This document shows, one piece after another, positions 19,809 through 29,195 of a stretch of 64,000 nt of DNA; the stretch's first letter is position 1, and every line of letters starts with the position of its first letter. The translations under genes and the position numbers were made by a program. The notes under the pieces were generated by a model. The model saw nothing but the letters and a program-made list of their open reading frames with translations. It searched no databases and was not told the origin of the DNA. Source of the stretch: Candidatus Poribacteria bacterium (GTDB taxonomy: Bacteria > Poribacteria > WGA-4E > PCPOR2b); the NCBI GenBank assembly GCA_965116925.1, contig OZ220744.1:2496001-2560000 (forward strand), in the 5' to 3' direction.

Positions 19809-20743
19809 ACAGGTACTGCCTGACCTTTAGCAGGCTGTTTTTCTTTGTCCTGAATGAATGATTTGAGGCAGTTAGCTACATATTCGGCTTGTTTTACCGG
19901 AACAGCATTGCCAATCATCTGTTCTAAATCTGTTTTTGCTCCCTTAAAAACAAAATCTTCTGGAAAGGTTTGTATGTAACTTCGCTCAATAGTGGTTAAG
20001 GGGCGAACATCTTTAGAAATTGACGCTGTGTCATTAGGATGTTCCTTGTAGGTTTTAGGTATAGGTCTATTCACTCCCCGGACGGTTGGACTGGGTTCGT
20101 CAATGCTAAATATAGCTCTCCTGCTATAGTTCCTAGGGTGCCGGTAGTAATGTTCTACGCCTAAACTGTTACCTAGATAATCTTTCACTGTTAATTGAGT
20201 TGAAGACAAGTTCACATTGAGATAGTTTTCCAAAGCATGATCAAAACCATCGAGTTCTCCAATAAGAAATAACCTCTTGCGTTTTTGTGGTACTCCACAA
20301 AAGCTGGCATCTAAAATCGTCTGAGTAAGGCCATACCCCGCCTTTTTCAAAATATCGCAAGCACGGCGGTATCTTTCACTTTTCACAGCTCTGTCAACAT
20401 TTTCCATCACAAACCATTGTGGCTTTTTATGTGAAACAATCTTGGCAAAACTGATCGTTAAATCAGCCCTGCCAAGTTCCTCATCACGCTTGCCAGCGTG
20501 GGAGAAATCTTGACAGGGTGGCCCGCCAATAATCCCGTTGGCATCAAAACGCTCTAATACTTCTAGACTTGCGGTTAAATTGCTCAAGTCTACGTTGAAT
20601 ATGCTATGTGCAAAGTTCCTTTGGTAAACTTTAATTGCGGCTTCCCAATTGTCAAAAGCGGCTATTATTTCAAAGCCGGCGTTTTGAAACCCTAACGTCA
20701 TGCCCCCACAACCAGAGAATAAATCAATAGTCTTTATTTTCAT
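19781..20743 (-). CDS. DNA (cytosine-5) methyltransferase of a type II R-M system
   Basis: DLFSGCGG, GGPPCQDFS, ENV, PQKRKRLF, IGNAVP. Confidence 0.96.
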   Translation of the reverse strand: MKIKTIDLFSGCGGMTLGFQNAGFEIIAAFDNWEAAIKVYQRNFAHSIFNVDLSNLTASLEVLERFDANGIIGGPPCQDFSHAGKRDEELGRADLTISFAKIVSHKKPQWFVMENVDRAVKSERYRRACDILKKAGYGLTQTILDASFCGVPQKRKRLFLIGELDGFDHALENYLNVNLSSTQLTVKDYLGNSLGVEHYYRHPRNYSRRAIFSIDEPSPTVRGVNRPIPKTYKEHPNDTASISKDVRPLTTIERSYIQTFPEDFVFKGAKTDLEQMIGNAVPVKQAEYVANCLKSFIQDKEKQPAKGQAVPVQLPLFRYS

Positions 20744-20763
20744 TTGACAGGTTACCTAATTTA

Positions 20764-21843
20764 TTAAAAAAGTTCAGGAGAGTTTGCGATTATAGCATCA
20801 AACCTGCGTTCTGGACTCAAGAGTTTTTCGCCACCGCCTAAAATAATATTCTTTATTTCCTCTTTTTTTACTCTCGGTGCGGAAAGTTCTGCGCAACGTA
20901 AATAAGGATGGGTTTTTCTGCCACTTAGGGCAAAAGCTTTATCACTTTGATTAGAAGAAGAGGCACCGAGAACCTGACGATAATTGACTTCCCCATCTTT
21001 GGAAAAGTCATAGAGCATTCTAACGAGCCATGCTACCGACCTCATTGATCGTGAAAACCTGCTTGTGCCTTGTCTAGCACCATCAATAAATAATCTTGCA
21101 AAAGCGAAGGTACTCCAAAGAAAAGCATCTAAACAATTATCATCAAGGCGGGTCGATTTGCCCTCGGTCTTCCAGACGATTTGTGCGACTAAAGGCTCTT
21201 GATAATCCAAATGTAAAAGTAATATTTCATCAATTCGACCGGTAAAATCGGGCATCAGTTCCAAAAGAAGTTCTTCGTTTTCCCAATCTATTACTTGTAC
21301 GCAAACAGGGTCCAAAATATCGAACAAATCTTGAGATTGGGAAGCATACTTACTAATGATGCTCAATGCTAGGTGGACAATTGTATTAGGTCTTACCACA
21401 AGTTCACAGCTATATTCATTATCAGACAAGTCGCACGTCGAGTTGTCAGGTAGAGCTGTTAATTTTATTTCTAGTCCTCTAACAGGAGCAGAAGAATTTG
21501 AGGTGTCCAGAATAACTAAATCAATTCGAGGTAAAGTTCCAATAACGAACCCTCGATTATCAATATAAGTGTCTTCAAACGAAAAGTAAATGCTTGCAGA
21601 ATCAGCCTCCATAGTAAAAACATCGGTGACCTCAATCTTTTCGTGAACTACAGCTAAATTCCGGTCCATAACTAGATGAACTGGCAAAATAGTCCGACTG
21701 TGCATGTAACACAGCAGGGCAGCAGGGAAACAATTATTGAAACTATTTTTTCCCCAAGCGGCAGCTTGTGAGAAATCTTTATTAGATTTATTACTGCCGC
21801 TAATTCCAAATAGCTTGGGAGTCAATTGTTCTTGAGTATACAT
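20764..21843 (-). CDS. Type II restriction endonuclease, HindVP family
   Basis: PKLFGI..SN.DF....WGKN.FN..FP.AL, LEIKLTALPD, DKAFA, ILGGG..LLSPERRFD; adjacent to a C5-MTase. Confidence 0.8.
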   Translation of the reverse strand: MYTQEQLTPKLFGISGSNKSNKDFSQAAAWGKNSFNNCFPAALLCYMHSRTILPVHLVMDRNLAVVHEKIEVTDVFTMEADSASIYFSFEDTYIDNRGFVIGTLPRIDLVILDTSNSSAPVRGLEIKLTALPDNSTCDLSDNEYSCELVVRPNTIVHLALSIISKYASQSQDLFDILDPVCVQVIDWENEELLLELMPDFTGRIDEILLLHLDYQEPLVAQIVWKTEGKSTRLDDNCLDAFLWSTFAFARLFIDGARQGTSRFSRSMRSVAWLVRMLYDFSKDGEVNYRQVLGASSSNQSDKAFALSGRKTHPYLRCAELSAPRVKKEEIKNIILGGGEKLLSPERRFDAIIANSPELF

Positions 21844-21906
21844 ACACCTATATTCGAGGATTGTTCCAAAAAATGGAGTTAAAAGTGGTGCTGAGTACAG
21901 ATAGAC

Positions 21907-22506
21907 TTAACTGAGCACTCTTCGGAAGGCGTTTGTAATTTCGGAGAGAACCCCCACAGGCGTGTCGGTTGCATCGATCTCCTGGATAACGTCTGGCGGG
22001 TAGTGGGATAGCGTCGGTGCGGTTTGCGCTTCATACTCCTCAAGTCGATGCCGAATCACCTTCTCGTTGACGTCGTCGAACCGCTTTTCACGATGTGCCC
22101 TGCTTTTCATACGTTTCACAAGCACCTCTGGGTCCTGACATCTGAGATAGATGATTTGACGGACATCGATATGACAATCCATTGCCCGCGCCTGTGGCAG
22201 GTTGCGTGGGATACCATCTAGGAGTAAATAGTCCACCTGTGGTTGGAATTGTTTCTCCTGCACCAAATTATCGATATAATCACGCCATAATTGAATCGCT
22301 ATATCGTCCGGGACAAACTCCCCTTTGCTGGAGTATTCTAGAAAGACTTTGCCAAGCCTGCTATGAAGATCTAGGGAACGGAGTACTTCTCCGCAAGCGA
22401 CATGTACAAACCCCGGAATCTGGTTAAGAATTTTGCCTTGCGTTCCTTTTCCTGTGCCAGGGGCACCAAAAATTAAAATTGTTCGATATTTGGTTGCAGA
22501 TTGCAT
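21907..22506 (-). CDS. adk: Adenylate / nucleoside monophosphate kinase
   Basis: P-loop GAPGTGKGTQ, LLDGIPR, R.DD; short LID. Confidence 0.8.
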   Translation of the reverse strand: MQSATKYRTILIFGAPGTGKGTQGKILNQIPGFVHVACGEVLRSLDLHSRLGKVFLEYSSKGEFVPDDIAIQLWRDYIDNLVQEKQFQPQVDYLLLDGIPRNLPQARAMDCHIDVRQIIYLRCQDPEVLVKRMKSRAHREKRFDDVNEKVIRHRLEEYEAQTAPTLSHYPPDVIQEIDATDTPVGVLSEITNAFRRVLS

Positions 22507-22536
22507 CAGTCCGACTGTTTTCTCCTTTGTTTCAGG

Positions 22537-23532
22537 TTATTGATTGATTGGTTCTGTCCATTTGTTGGGTGCTGTATCAATTTCAAACTCAGCGAAGACG
22601 CGATCGATTTCCGCCTTCACATCGTCTGTCAGTTGCCAACCGACGGCACCCATGTTATCTTCTACTTCAGAAGCACGTCTTGCCCCAACGAGCGAAACAC
22701 TGACCGCTGGGTTGGAAATCACCCAATTGAGTGCGAGATGGGGCAGCTTTTTGCCGAGCCCTTCCGCAATTTCTTTGAGTTTGTTCACCGCTTGAACGTT
22801 ACGCTGGAAAATACCCGGCAGAAACAGCTTTAGTGACATGTTGCTGCCTCCTCTGTGTCGCCAATCGTCGTCCCCAAATGTTGTTTCTTCGGTGAACGCT
22901 CCCGCCAACATACCGTAAGCGAGCGAACCGTAGGTCATGACGCCGATGCCGTTCTCTTGGGCGTAGGGGAAGATCCATTTCGCCATGCGCCGATCAAACA
23001 GGTTACAGGCGTATTGTATCACATCGACACGCCGGGTTTCCATGCAGGTCTGGATTTCGTCTCTGGTGAAGTTGGAGAGACCCACAAATCTCGCTTTTCC
23101 CTGCTGCACGATCTCCTCTAACGCCTCCATCGTTTCATCGAACGGGGTGGTGCGGTCGGGCCAATGAACGAGATACACATCGACATAGTCGGTGTTCAGC
23201 ACTTTCAGACGACGTTCGATTGCAGCGTGTGCCATCTCTCGACGGCTATCCCGTCCTTTCAGGCGGTCGTTGTCGTAGTTGATGCCGAACTTTGAGACGA
23301 CGATGACATCTTTGCGTCGGTTCCCCAACGCCCGTGCCAACAGTTCTTCGGACCTGCCCATGCCGTAGGCTTCGGCGGTATCATAACAGTTGATACCGAG
23401 GTCGAGGGCGCGATGAATCGCCGCAATGACTTCTGTTTCCTCGATGGAGCCGTAACCGCCACCCATCTCCCAGCAGCCGAATCCAATCGCTGAGACCTGC
23501 ATCCCTGTCTGCCCAAACGCTTTATATTCCAT
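22537..23532 (-). CDS. Aldo/keto reductase
   Basis: IGFGCW, DTAEAYG, SKFG, VHWPD, GLSNF. Confidence 0.92.
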   Translation of the reverse strand: MEYKAFGQTGMQVSAIGFGCWEMGGGYGSIEETEVIAAIHRALDLGINCYDTAEAYGMGRSEELLARALGNRRKDVIVVSKFGINYDNDRLKGRDSRREMAHAAIERRLKVLNTDYVDVYLVHWPDRTTPFDETMEALEEIVQQGKARFVGLSNFTRDEIQTCMETRRVDVIQYACNLFDRRMAKWIFPYAQENGIGVMTYGSLAYGMLAGAFTEETTFGDDDWRHRGGSNMSLKLFLPGIFQRNVQAVNKLKEIAEGLGKKLPHLALNWVISNPAVSVSLVGARRASEVEDNMGAVGWQLTDDVKAEIDRVFAEFEIDTAPNKWTEPINQ

Positions 23533-23577
23533 GATTCGCCTCCCCTGTTCCCGATGTTAGCAATTGTTCACCTCATC

Positions 23578-23606
23578 ATTGTAGTATGTTATTTTACAAT
23601 TGTCAA
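23578..23606 (-). promoter_or_regulatory. Sigma70 promoter TTGACA-17-TACAAT (AKR-adk-R-M direction)
   Basis: Near-consensus; back-to-back with 23631-23659. Confidence 0.65.
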
Positions 23607-23630
23607 GGATAGAAAACATCTAGGGCGTGC

Positions 23631-23659
23631 TTGACATGGTGTCTATGGTCTGATACACT
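23631..23659 (+). promoter_or_regulatory. Sigma70 promoter TTGACA-17-TACACT upstream of the BNR-repeat gene
   Basis: Near-consensus hexamers with 17-nt spacer. Confidence 0.55.
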
Positions 23660-23924
23660 GCTGATAGTGGCTTATTATGCTGTTAGTTCATTGGTTCATT
23701 AATCTGATGCTCTATACACATGTCGCCCCTCTGGGGCTGATGAAGAATAATACGCAAGGATAAGCGGAACGGGGATCTCCGTTCCCTACGAATTACACTC
23801 TTTGCGTCGATTTGCTGGGGCTATGTTGGTTCATTAGTTCATTGAGGTGTTGGGTTTCACTATCGCTCAACCCAACCTACGACGCTACGAAGCACGCTCC
23901 GCGGTGCCGTAATTTGCACAGGGG

Positions 23925-23951
23925 TTACGGCATACGGAGTATGCCTACTAC
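23925..23951. repeat. REP family C (TTACGGCA[T/C]ACGG[A/C]GT[A/G]TGCCTACTAC); copies at 35542-35568, 37394-37420, 42041-42067
   Basis: Four near-identical 27-bp palindromic copies with GTAG foot on the minus strand. Confidence 0.9.
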
Positions 23952-23984
23952 TATTTTTTAGAATGCGACAGGAGAAAAGTAAGC

Positions 23985-25619
23985 ATGTATATGACTAGTG
24001 CCTCTCTCGTTGGGCTAGCATTTGGAGCGAATGATGATGGGGCGAGCGGTGCGGACTCTCGAACGGTTTTCGTTGAGAATGGGGTCCCCAAGAACATCCG
24101 GGAAATTGGGTTCGGTTGGGAGTTTGAAACGGGGTACATTGAGATTTATGGCAAAAAATCCCTGCTGTACGCGGGCTGCGGGATCGGTCGCAACGATTTT
24201 CATCTCAGAGCTAAACTTTCCATCTGCAGCGAAGACGATAAACCGCATTTTGTGGTTGGCACCAACAATATTGGCATCAGCGGTTTCCAGCGTTTGAGCT
24301 ACGTTTTCTGGCCCCGGGAGGTGCTCGGACATCAGCAGATGGCTTTTTCTTCCGACTGGATTACGCCGGGTGTGCCGTTTAACTTTGAGATCGTGCGTAA
24401 GGGAACACGGGTTGTGATCATTGTTGACGGGACGGCGGTGAAGCATTTCCTGTTTGGTGGTGAGCTGACACGGGTTGGGTTCTGCTCCTATGAAGGGACG
24501 TTGCGGATACACGATTTTTCCGTTCGAGGTGAAACCATTCCGCTAGACTGGAATCGGACGCAACCGATTGACATCTCCGTTCCGACAATTGACATATCTG
24601 ACGAGGAGGGTCGGCAGATTGTCGTGGACAAGCAGGCGGGGCAATATCTCGGTCATCCCGACACGGTGCTGATGCCGGACAATCGAACGATGTTCTGCAC
24701 CTATCCGCTCGGACATGGCGGGCCCGCTGCCCTGTTGAAAAAGAGCACGGACAGCGGTCTGACTTGGAGCGATCGACTGCCTGTGCCTAAGAATTGGGAG
24801 ACCGCGAAAAACTGTCCGTGTATCCATCGCCTCGTTGGTCCAGATGGAGTAGAACGTCTGGTTGTTCTGGAGGGCAACGGCGATATGCGCCAGTCCATTT
24901 CGGTCGATAACGGTGAGACGTGGACGCCGTTTGAGCCGAACGGGTTGCACTGCATCGTCGTTCCGAACCGTGTCATACCGATCTCGGATGAGAGATACGT
25001 CGCTATATATGTAGACCACGGGACCAGAAGCCGCGGCGATCACGTAATTATGCAGAGTATCACCGCTGACGGTGGACTGACATGGGAGACGCAGCGCTTA
25101 ATCGCCCAGCACGAAGATGCGCTACCGGACGAACCGGGCGTTATCCGCTCGCCGGACGGGAAGCAGATTGCAGCGGTGATGCGTGAGCAGTCGCGGGCAT
25201 ACAACGCGATGGTCATCACCAGCGATGACGAGGGGCAAACGTGGTCGGAATGCAGGGAAGGGGCTGCCGGTGTCACCGGAGATCGGCACAACCTCGCCTA
25301 TGCGCCCGATGGTCGGTTGGTGGTTGTTTTCCGTGATACCGCACTCGCTAGCCCGACGAAATTCAATTTTGTCGCGTGGGTCGGCACTTATGACGATCTT
25401 GTCAATAGTCGGGAAGGGGAATACCGTGTGTTACTACTACGGCATCAGGGCAACTTTCCGCCCGAAGAATACGGGGACTGTGGCTATGCCGGTTTGGAGG
25501 TGCTGCCGGACGGCACGTTTGTCGCTACCACCTACCTCATTCACAAGCCGGGCGAGGCGCATTCGGTCATCAGCGTGCGCTTCAATCTGGAGGAGTTGGA
25601 TGCACGGATAACGGACTGA
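23985..25619 (+). CDS. BNR/Asp-box repeat sialidase-like beta-propeller with extra N-terminal domain
   Basis: Asp boxes STDSGLTW, SVDNGETW, TADGGLTW, SDDEGQTW; DCGY near the C-terminus. Confidence 0.8.
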   Translation: MYMTSASLVGLAFGANDDGASGADSRTVFVENGVPKNIREIGFGWEFETGYIEIYGKKSLLYAGCGIGRNDFHLRAKLSICSEDDKPHFVVGTNNIGISGFQRLSYVFWPREVLGHQQMAFSSDWITPGVPFNFEIVRKGTRVVIIVDGTAVKHFLFGGELTRVGFCSYEGTLRIHDFSVRGETIPLDWNRTQPIDISVPTIDISDEEGRQIVVDKQAGQYLGHPDTVLMPDNRTMFCTYPLGHGGPAALLKKSTDSGLTWSDRLPVPKNWETAKNCPCIHRLVGPDGVERLVVLEGNGDMRQSISVDNGETWTPFEPNGLHCIVVPNRVIPISDERYVAIYVDHGTRSRGDHVIMQSITADGGLTWETQRLIAQHEDALPDEPGVIRSPDGKQIAAVMREQSRAYNAMVITSDDEGQTWSECREGAAGVTGDRHNLAYAPDGRLVVVFRDTALASPTKFNFVAWVGTYDDLVNSREGEYRVLLLRHQGNFPPEEYGDCGYAGLEVLPDGTFVATTYLIHKPGEAHSVISVRFNLEELDARITD

Positions 25620-25724
25620 AATTGACCGCAGAGACGCAGAGGACGCAGAGAAGAGTAGGGAAAATTCAGGAGTCTCCTAGATTTTTGAGAGTTCATGTTA
25701 AGGAGGCGTATAACCAGAAACCGA

Positions 25725-25751
25725 GTAGGGGCGGGGTAACCCCGCCCCTAC
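25725..25751. repeat. REP family B (GTAGGGGCGGGG..CCCGCCCCTAC); variants at 37355-37377, 43871-43919, 48168-48196, 54668-54690
   Basis: GTAG-footed GC-rich palindromes in intergenic DNA. Confidence 0.75.
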
Positions 25752-25767
25752 GGCTTCTCTTTGCACT

Positions 25768-26712
25768 CTACCGATGAACGCCTTTCTCCCAATGACGGAC
25801 GAGCGGAGCGAGATCATCCCAGAAGACTTCTGGAATCTCTAACTCAGCGGCTTTCACATTTTCTACGGCTTCTTCGGGGGTTCGTGCCCCCGGAATCGCC
25901 GTTGTCACCTGTGGATGGCGGGTGCACCACTGCAACGCTGCAGCGAGGAGTGGGATTTCGTAGTCTTGGCAGAGCCGTTGGATCTTGGCGACATGATCGA
26001 GGCATTCTTGGCTGAATTCTCGTCTTCCGTAATCCCTGCCCGGTATCGGTCCCGTCGCTAGTACCCCTACCTCAAGCGGCGTGGCACACGAGATCCCGAT
26101 GTTATATTTTTCTGCAGCGGGTAGGATCCGTTCAGCAGCTTCTTGGTTCAGCAAACTCCACGCATCGGGGACAACCGCAGCGTCAAATTCGCCGGTTTCA
26201 ATATAGGGGGTGTTGGTCGGCGGATCATTGGAAGCAGAACCGATGAACCGCACAACCCCTTCGTTCTGGAGTTTCCGCAACGCTCCAAGGGCACCATTCT
26301 TGCTCATCACGTCTTCCATCGGTACGCCCATCGCATCGTGGATATAGACCAGATCAAGCTGTTCGAGTCCGAGTCGTTCAAGGCTAGCCTCTACGCTGCG
26401 TAAGGTGCCGTCAAAGGTATGGTCCTTCCCCTCCCTGTAAGCACCCGTTTTGGTGACGACGGTGCACTTGGCGGCAAGGTCTGGGCGGTTTCTGAGAGCG
26501 TTGCCGACGATCTTCTCAACGGTTGTGCCCCCATAGAGCGGGGCGGTGTCGACCAGCGTGCAGCCCGCCTCAATCGCGGCTTGAACCGCCTGCGCTCCCA
26601 TCTCTTCATCTAAGCCCCCTGATGGTCCCGACGGCTGGCTGCCGATGTATATGGTTCCGAGTCCAATGATAGTGACCTCAAGTCCTGTGCGTCCCAGAAT
26701 TTTGGTTTTCAT
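25768..26712 (-). CDS. Aldo/keto reductase
   Basis: LGRTGLEV..IGLG, DTAPLYG, YIHD, IPGART. Confidence 0.9.
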   Translation of the reverse strand: MKTKILGRTGLEVTIIGLGTIYIGSQPSGPSGGLDEEMGAQAVQAAIEAGCTLVDTAPLYGGTTVEKIVGNALRNRPDLAAKCTVVTKTGAYREGKDHTFDGTLRSVEASLERLGLEQLDLVYIHDAMGVPMEDVMSKNGALGALRKLQNEGVVRFIGSASNDPPTNTPYIETGEFDAAVVPDAWSLLNQEAAERILPAAEKYNIGISCATPLEVGVLATGPIPGRDYGRREFSQECLDHVAKIQRLCQDYEIPLLAAALQWCTRHPQVTTAIPGARTPEEAVENVKAAELEIPEVFWDDLAPLVRHWEKGVHR

Positions 26713-26778
26713 AGTAGCCTCGATTGGTTGGTTCATTAGTTCATTGGTTCACTGGTTCATTTATGTACATAGGCTATG

Positions 26779-27621
26779 TTACACGCTTAGGGCGAGTTGG
26801 TCTAGGTATTTTCGGGCGCGGTTAATCTCATCGGTGACGCCCGCTGCCGTGTCCAGAATGGGGATCCCTCGTGGAACGGGATGCATAAAGATCTCTGTCC
26901 AGCCGGAGAAGGCAGTCTTTTTCAGTGCAGATAGAATCGGCGCGAAATCCAAGTCGCCCCGTCCGGGCATCTGCATCAGTTCCTGTTCCTTGGGCAGTTT
27001 TTCGTGGCAGCCCATACCGTGTTGCCACGCATAGAATAGGGCTAACCCCCGTCCCAAATCCTCAATCAGTTGCGCTACCAGCTGGGCGTCGTCTGGTAGG
27101 TGGTAAGGTGCTAGAGCGATACCGAGGTGTGGGGAATCGGTGAACTCGATCAGCCACCTCATTGAGTCGGGCGATTCGATGAGCGCGCTGCTATGGTTCT
27201 CAATGCTGATGGTGATGCTGTGCTTTTCGGCGGCGGCGATATGGGGCTTCAACCCTTCAGCAAAGTCGGCGACCGCTGCGCGTAACTCCTCGCCCGTTAA
27301 ATCCTTGGGACCTTGGCTGCCGGTCACGATGAGGGAAGCCCCAAATTCTTGGGCAAACGCCATCTCTTCCTCTAGCCCGAAGGGTCCCAGATCAAAACGG
27401 GTCGATATTCCTAACCCCACCTCGTGGGTTGCGAGTAACTCGGCAAAAGCGTCATTCCCCATAGATTCAACCTGTTCTCGCTGGTCCCCGTGGACACGGG
27501 GCCAGATATCGATACGGTCGCTCCCGATTTTCTTCACTTCGGGCACGATCTCAGCCAATGGTAGCGTGCCGTACATGCACGAAGCGAGGATATAGTTTAG
27601 TTCAAACGGCTTTTCACTCAT
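26779..27621 (-). CDS. Sugar phosphate isomerase/epimerase (xylose isomerase-like TIM barrel)
   Basis: SIENH, PG.G.LDF, EIFMH; ATGA overlap with the upstream gene. Confidence 0.8.
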   Translation of the reverse strand: MSEKPFELNYILASCMYGTLPLAEIVPEVKKIGSDRIDIWPRVHGDQREQVESMGNDAFAELLATHEVGLGISTRFDLGPFGLEEEMAFAQEFGASLIVTGSQGPKDLTGEELRAAVADFAEGLKPHIAAAEKHSITISIENHSSALIESPDSMRWLIEFTDSPHLGIALAPYHLPDDAQLVAQLIEDLGRGLALFYAWQHGMGCHEKLPKEQELMQMPGRGDLDFAPILSALKKTAFSGWTEIFMHPVPRGIPILDTAAGVTDEINRARKYLDQLALSV

Positions 27622-28643
27622 AGTTTGTCTACCTCCACAACTTCTCCGCTCTGGCCGGATTGATACGCCCCCAAGACGATAGCCAAAACATGACGCCCAT
27701 CGGCAGCAGAGACCGGAACCTCTCCATCGTTTTCGATCGCTTCTACGAAACGGCGCACTGCGACTGGTAAACCAAGCTCGTCCGGTCCCTCTGCATCTAC
27801 CGGCGGATGCGTCCACTCGCCGGTCACCTTGCGCCATACTGATACCGGTGCCTCACCTCCGCCAAAACGGATCTGCCCTTCAGTGCCTATAATCTCATTC
27901 ACGCTTGTTCCCCCAGCCAACGCTGACCAACCCACCTGTAGTGAGGTGGTCGCGCCGTTGGCGTGTTCAATCAGAACGAGTGCCGTATCTTCCACTTCGA
28001 TATCCTGCACGTAGCGACCGATCCGTGCGTAGACACGGACTGCGGGCGAACCGATGTAATTAAGGGCCGTGTAGACTTGGTGATAGCCGTTATCGATTAG
28101 GGGACCTCCGCCCCCAGCTCTGGCTTGGGTGCGCCACTGCTGGGAGACGCCTCTGCCTACCACGTGGGATCGGCTGAGCCCTTCGGTACGCACGAGAAAC
28201 ACAGAGCCGATCGCGCCCGCCTGTATCTGTTCCATCGCCGCCCGATGCGCCGCTGAAAAGAGCTGATTATGCCCGACGGTCATTTTGCGACCGGTCCGCT
28301 CTGACGCAGCGATCATCCTATCAACCTCTTCCAAACGGGTGGCGATCGGTTTTTCGAGAAATACATGGGCACCTGCCTCCATCGCAGCGATCGCTTGGGG
28401 CTCATGCAGATGGTGCGGGGTACAGATATGGACCAAGTCCAATTTTTCTTTGGCGAGCATCTCCTCCCAATCGGTATAAAGGTTTTCAGATGCAACCCCG
28501 AGTTTTCCGCCCATCAGGTCAAGGCGTTCTTGGGCGAGATCCGCCAGTGCTGTAACCGTTACTCGATCGCTCAAACTTGCTAGCATGGGTCCATGCCGCC
28601 GCTCAGTGATTCCACCACAACCGATGATTCCTGTTTTCAACAT
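27618..28643 (-). CDS. Gfo/Idh/MocA oxidoreductase
   Basis: GIIGCGGI, TP...H, EKP, GGG.LID.G.H. Confidence 0.92.
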   Translation of the reverse strand: MLKTGIIGCGGITERRHGPMLASLSDRVTVTALADLAQERLDLMGGKLGVASENLYTDWEEMLAKEKLDLVHICTPHHLHEPQAIAAMEAGAHVFLEKPIATRLEEVDRMIAASERTGRKMTVGHNQLFSAAHRAAMEQIQAGAIGSVFLVRTEGLSRSHVVGRGVSQQWRTQARAGGGGPLIDNGYHQVYTALNYIGSPAVRVYARIGRYVQDIEVEDTALVLIEHANGATTSLQVGWSALAGGTSVNEIIGTEGQIRFGGGEAPVSVWRKVTGEWTHPPVDAEGPDELGLPVAVRRFVEAIENDGEVPVSAADGRHVLAIVLGAYQSGQSGEVVEVDKL

Positions 28644-28663
28644 AAATTGTCCTCCTCACCCCG

Positions 28664-28692
28664 ATTATAATAAATGTCGTTTGTTCTGTCAA
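28664..28692 (-). promoter_or_regulatory. Perfect sigma70 promoter TTGACA-17-TATAAT for the Gfo/epimerase/AKR operon
   Basis: Exact consensus followed by AGGAGG RBS and ATG. Confidence 0.8.
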
Positions 28693-28739
28693 TTGTCTTT
28701 ATTAATTCACTGGTTCATTGGTTCATTAATTCATTGTTG

Positions 28740-28902
28740 TAGGACTTACGCAGTTGAACACTCAGATCCCTGTAGTTCGGCGATTTATCGCCGCAAGACA
28801 CTATCTCCAACGCCCGATGAATCGGGCAACTACAGCAGAGGCTCCATAAGGAGTCCGTAGTGAACGCAGATCTGCGTTCACTACTGAAGTGCGTAACTCC
28901 TA
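28740..28902. mobile_element. MITE with TAGGACTTACGCA...TGCGTAACTCCTA termini containing internal GTAG palindromes; a lone end at 47797-47815
   Basis: 13-bp imperfect terminal inverted repeat; first 19 bp identical to the reverse complement of 47797-47815. Confidence 0.65.
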
Positions 28903-28996
28903 TGTTGATTGAGCTTTGGGACTTTATGCACATGTCGCCCCGCTGGGACTAAAAACAAGTTCACAAATTTCCCATTTTTCCCGTCAAAACTAGTGC

Positions 28997-29025
28997 TTGC
29001 AATTCTATCGCCTGAGAGTTATAAT
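28997..29025 (+). promoter_or_regulatory. Sigma70 promoter TTGCAA-17-TATAAT
   Basis: Near-consensus, upstream of the AKR at 29196. Confidence 0.55.
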
Positions 29026-29195
29026 GCTATCCAACTTGAAAATCTCGAAAGCATTGGATCTAACAAATCGTTCTATAATCCCCTCGCTGCCTGCACCTAT
29101 GCGGCTGCGTGAAAATTTCCAGTCATATGCGATTCTTAATCCCTACCCAATTTTGTAAATGAGCCTTATACTTCCGAACGATGCAGGAGGAAATA

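Noticed and set aside
17107..21900. Prophage or integrative element
   Set aside because: The region is AT-rich, but I found no integrase, phage genes, tRNA or att repeats
26779..27837. Extended N-termini in the ORF track (also ORFs starting at 1181, 10334, 38336, 54260, 56303)
   Set aside because: The extensions overlap neighbouring genes or repeats; downstream starts with an RBS or translational coupling fit better
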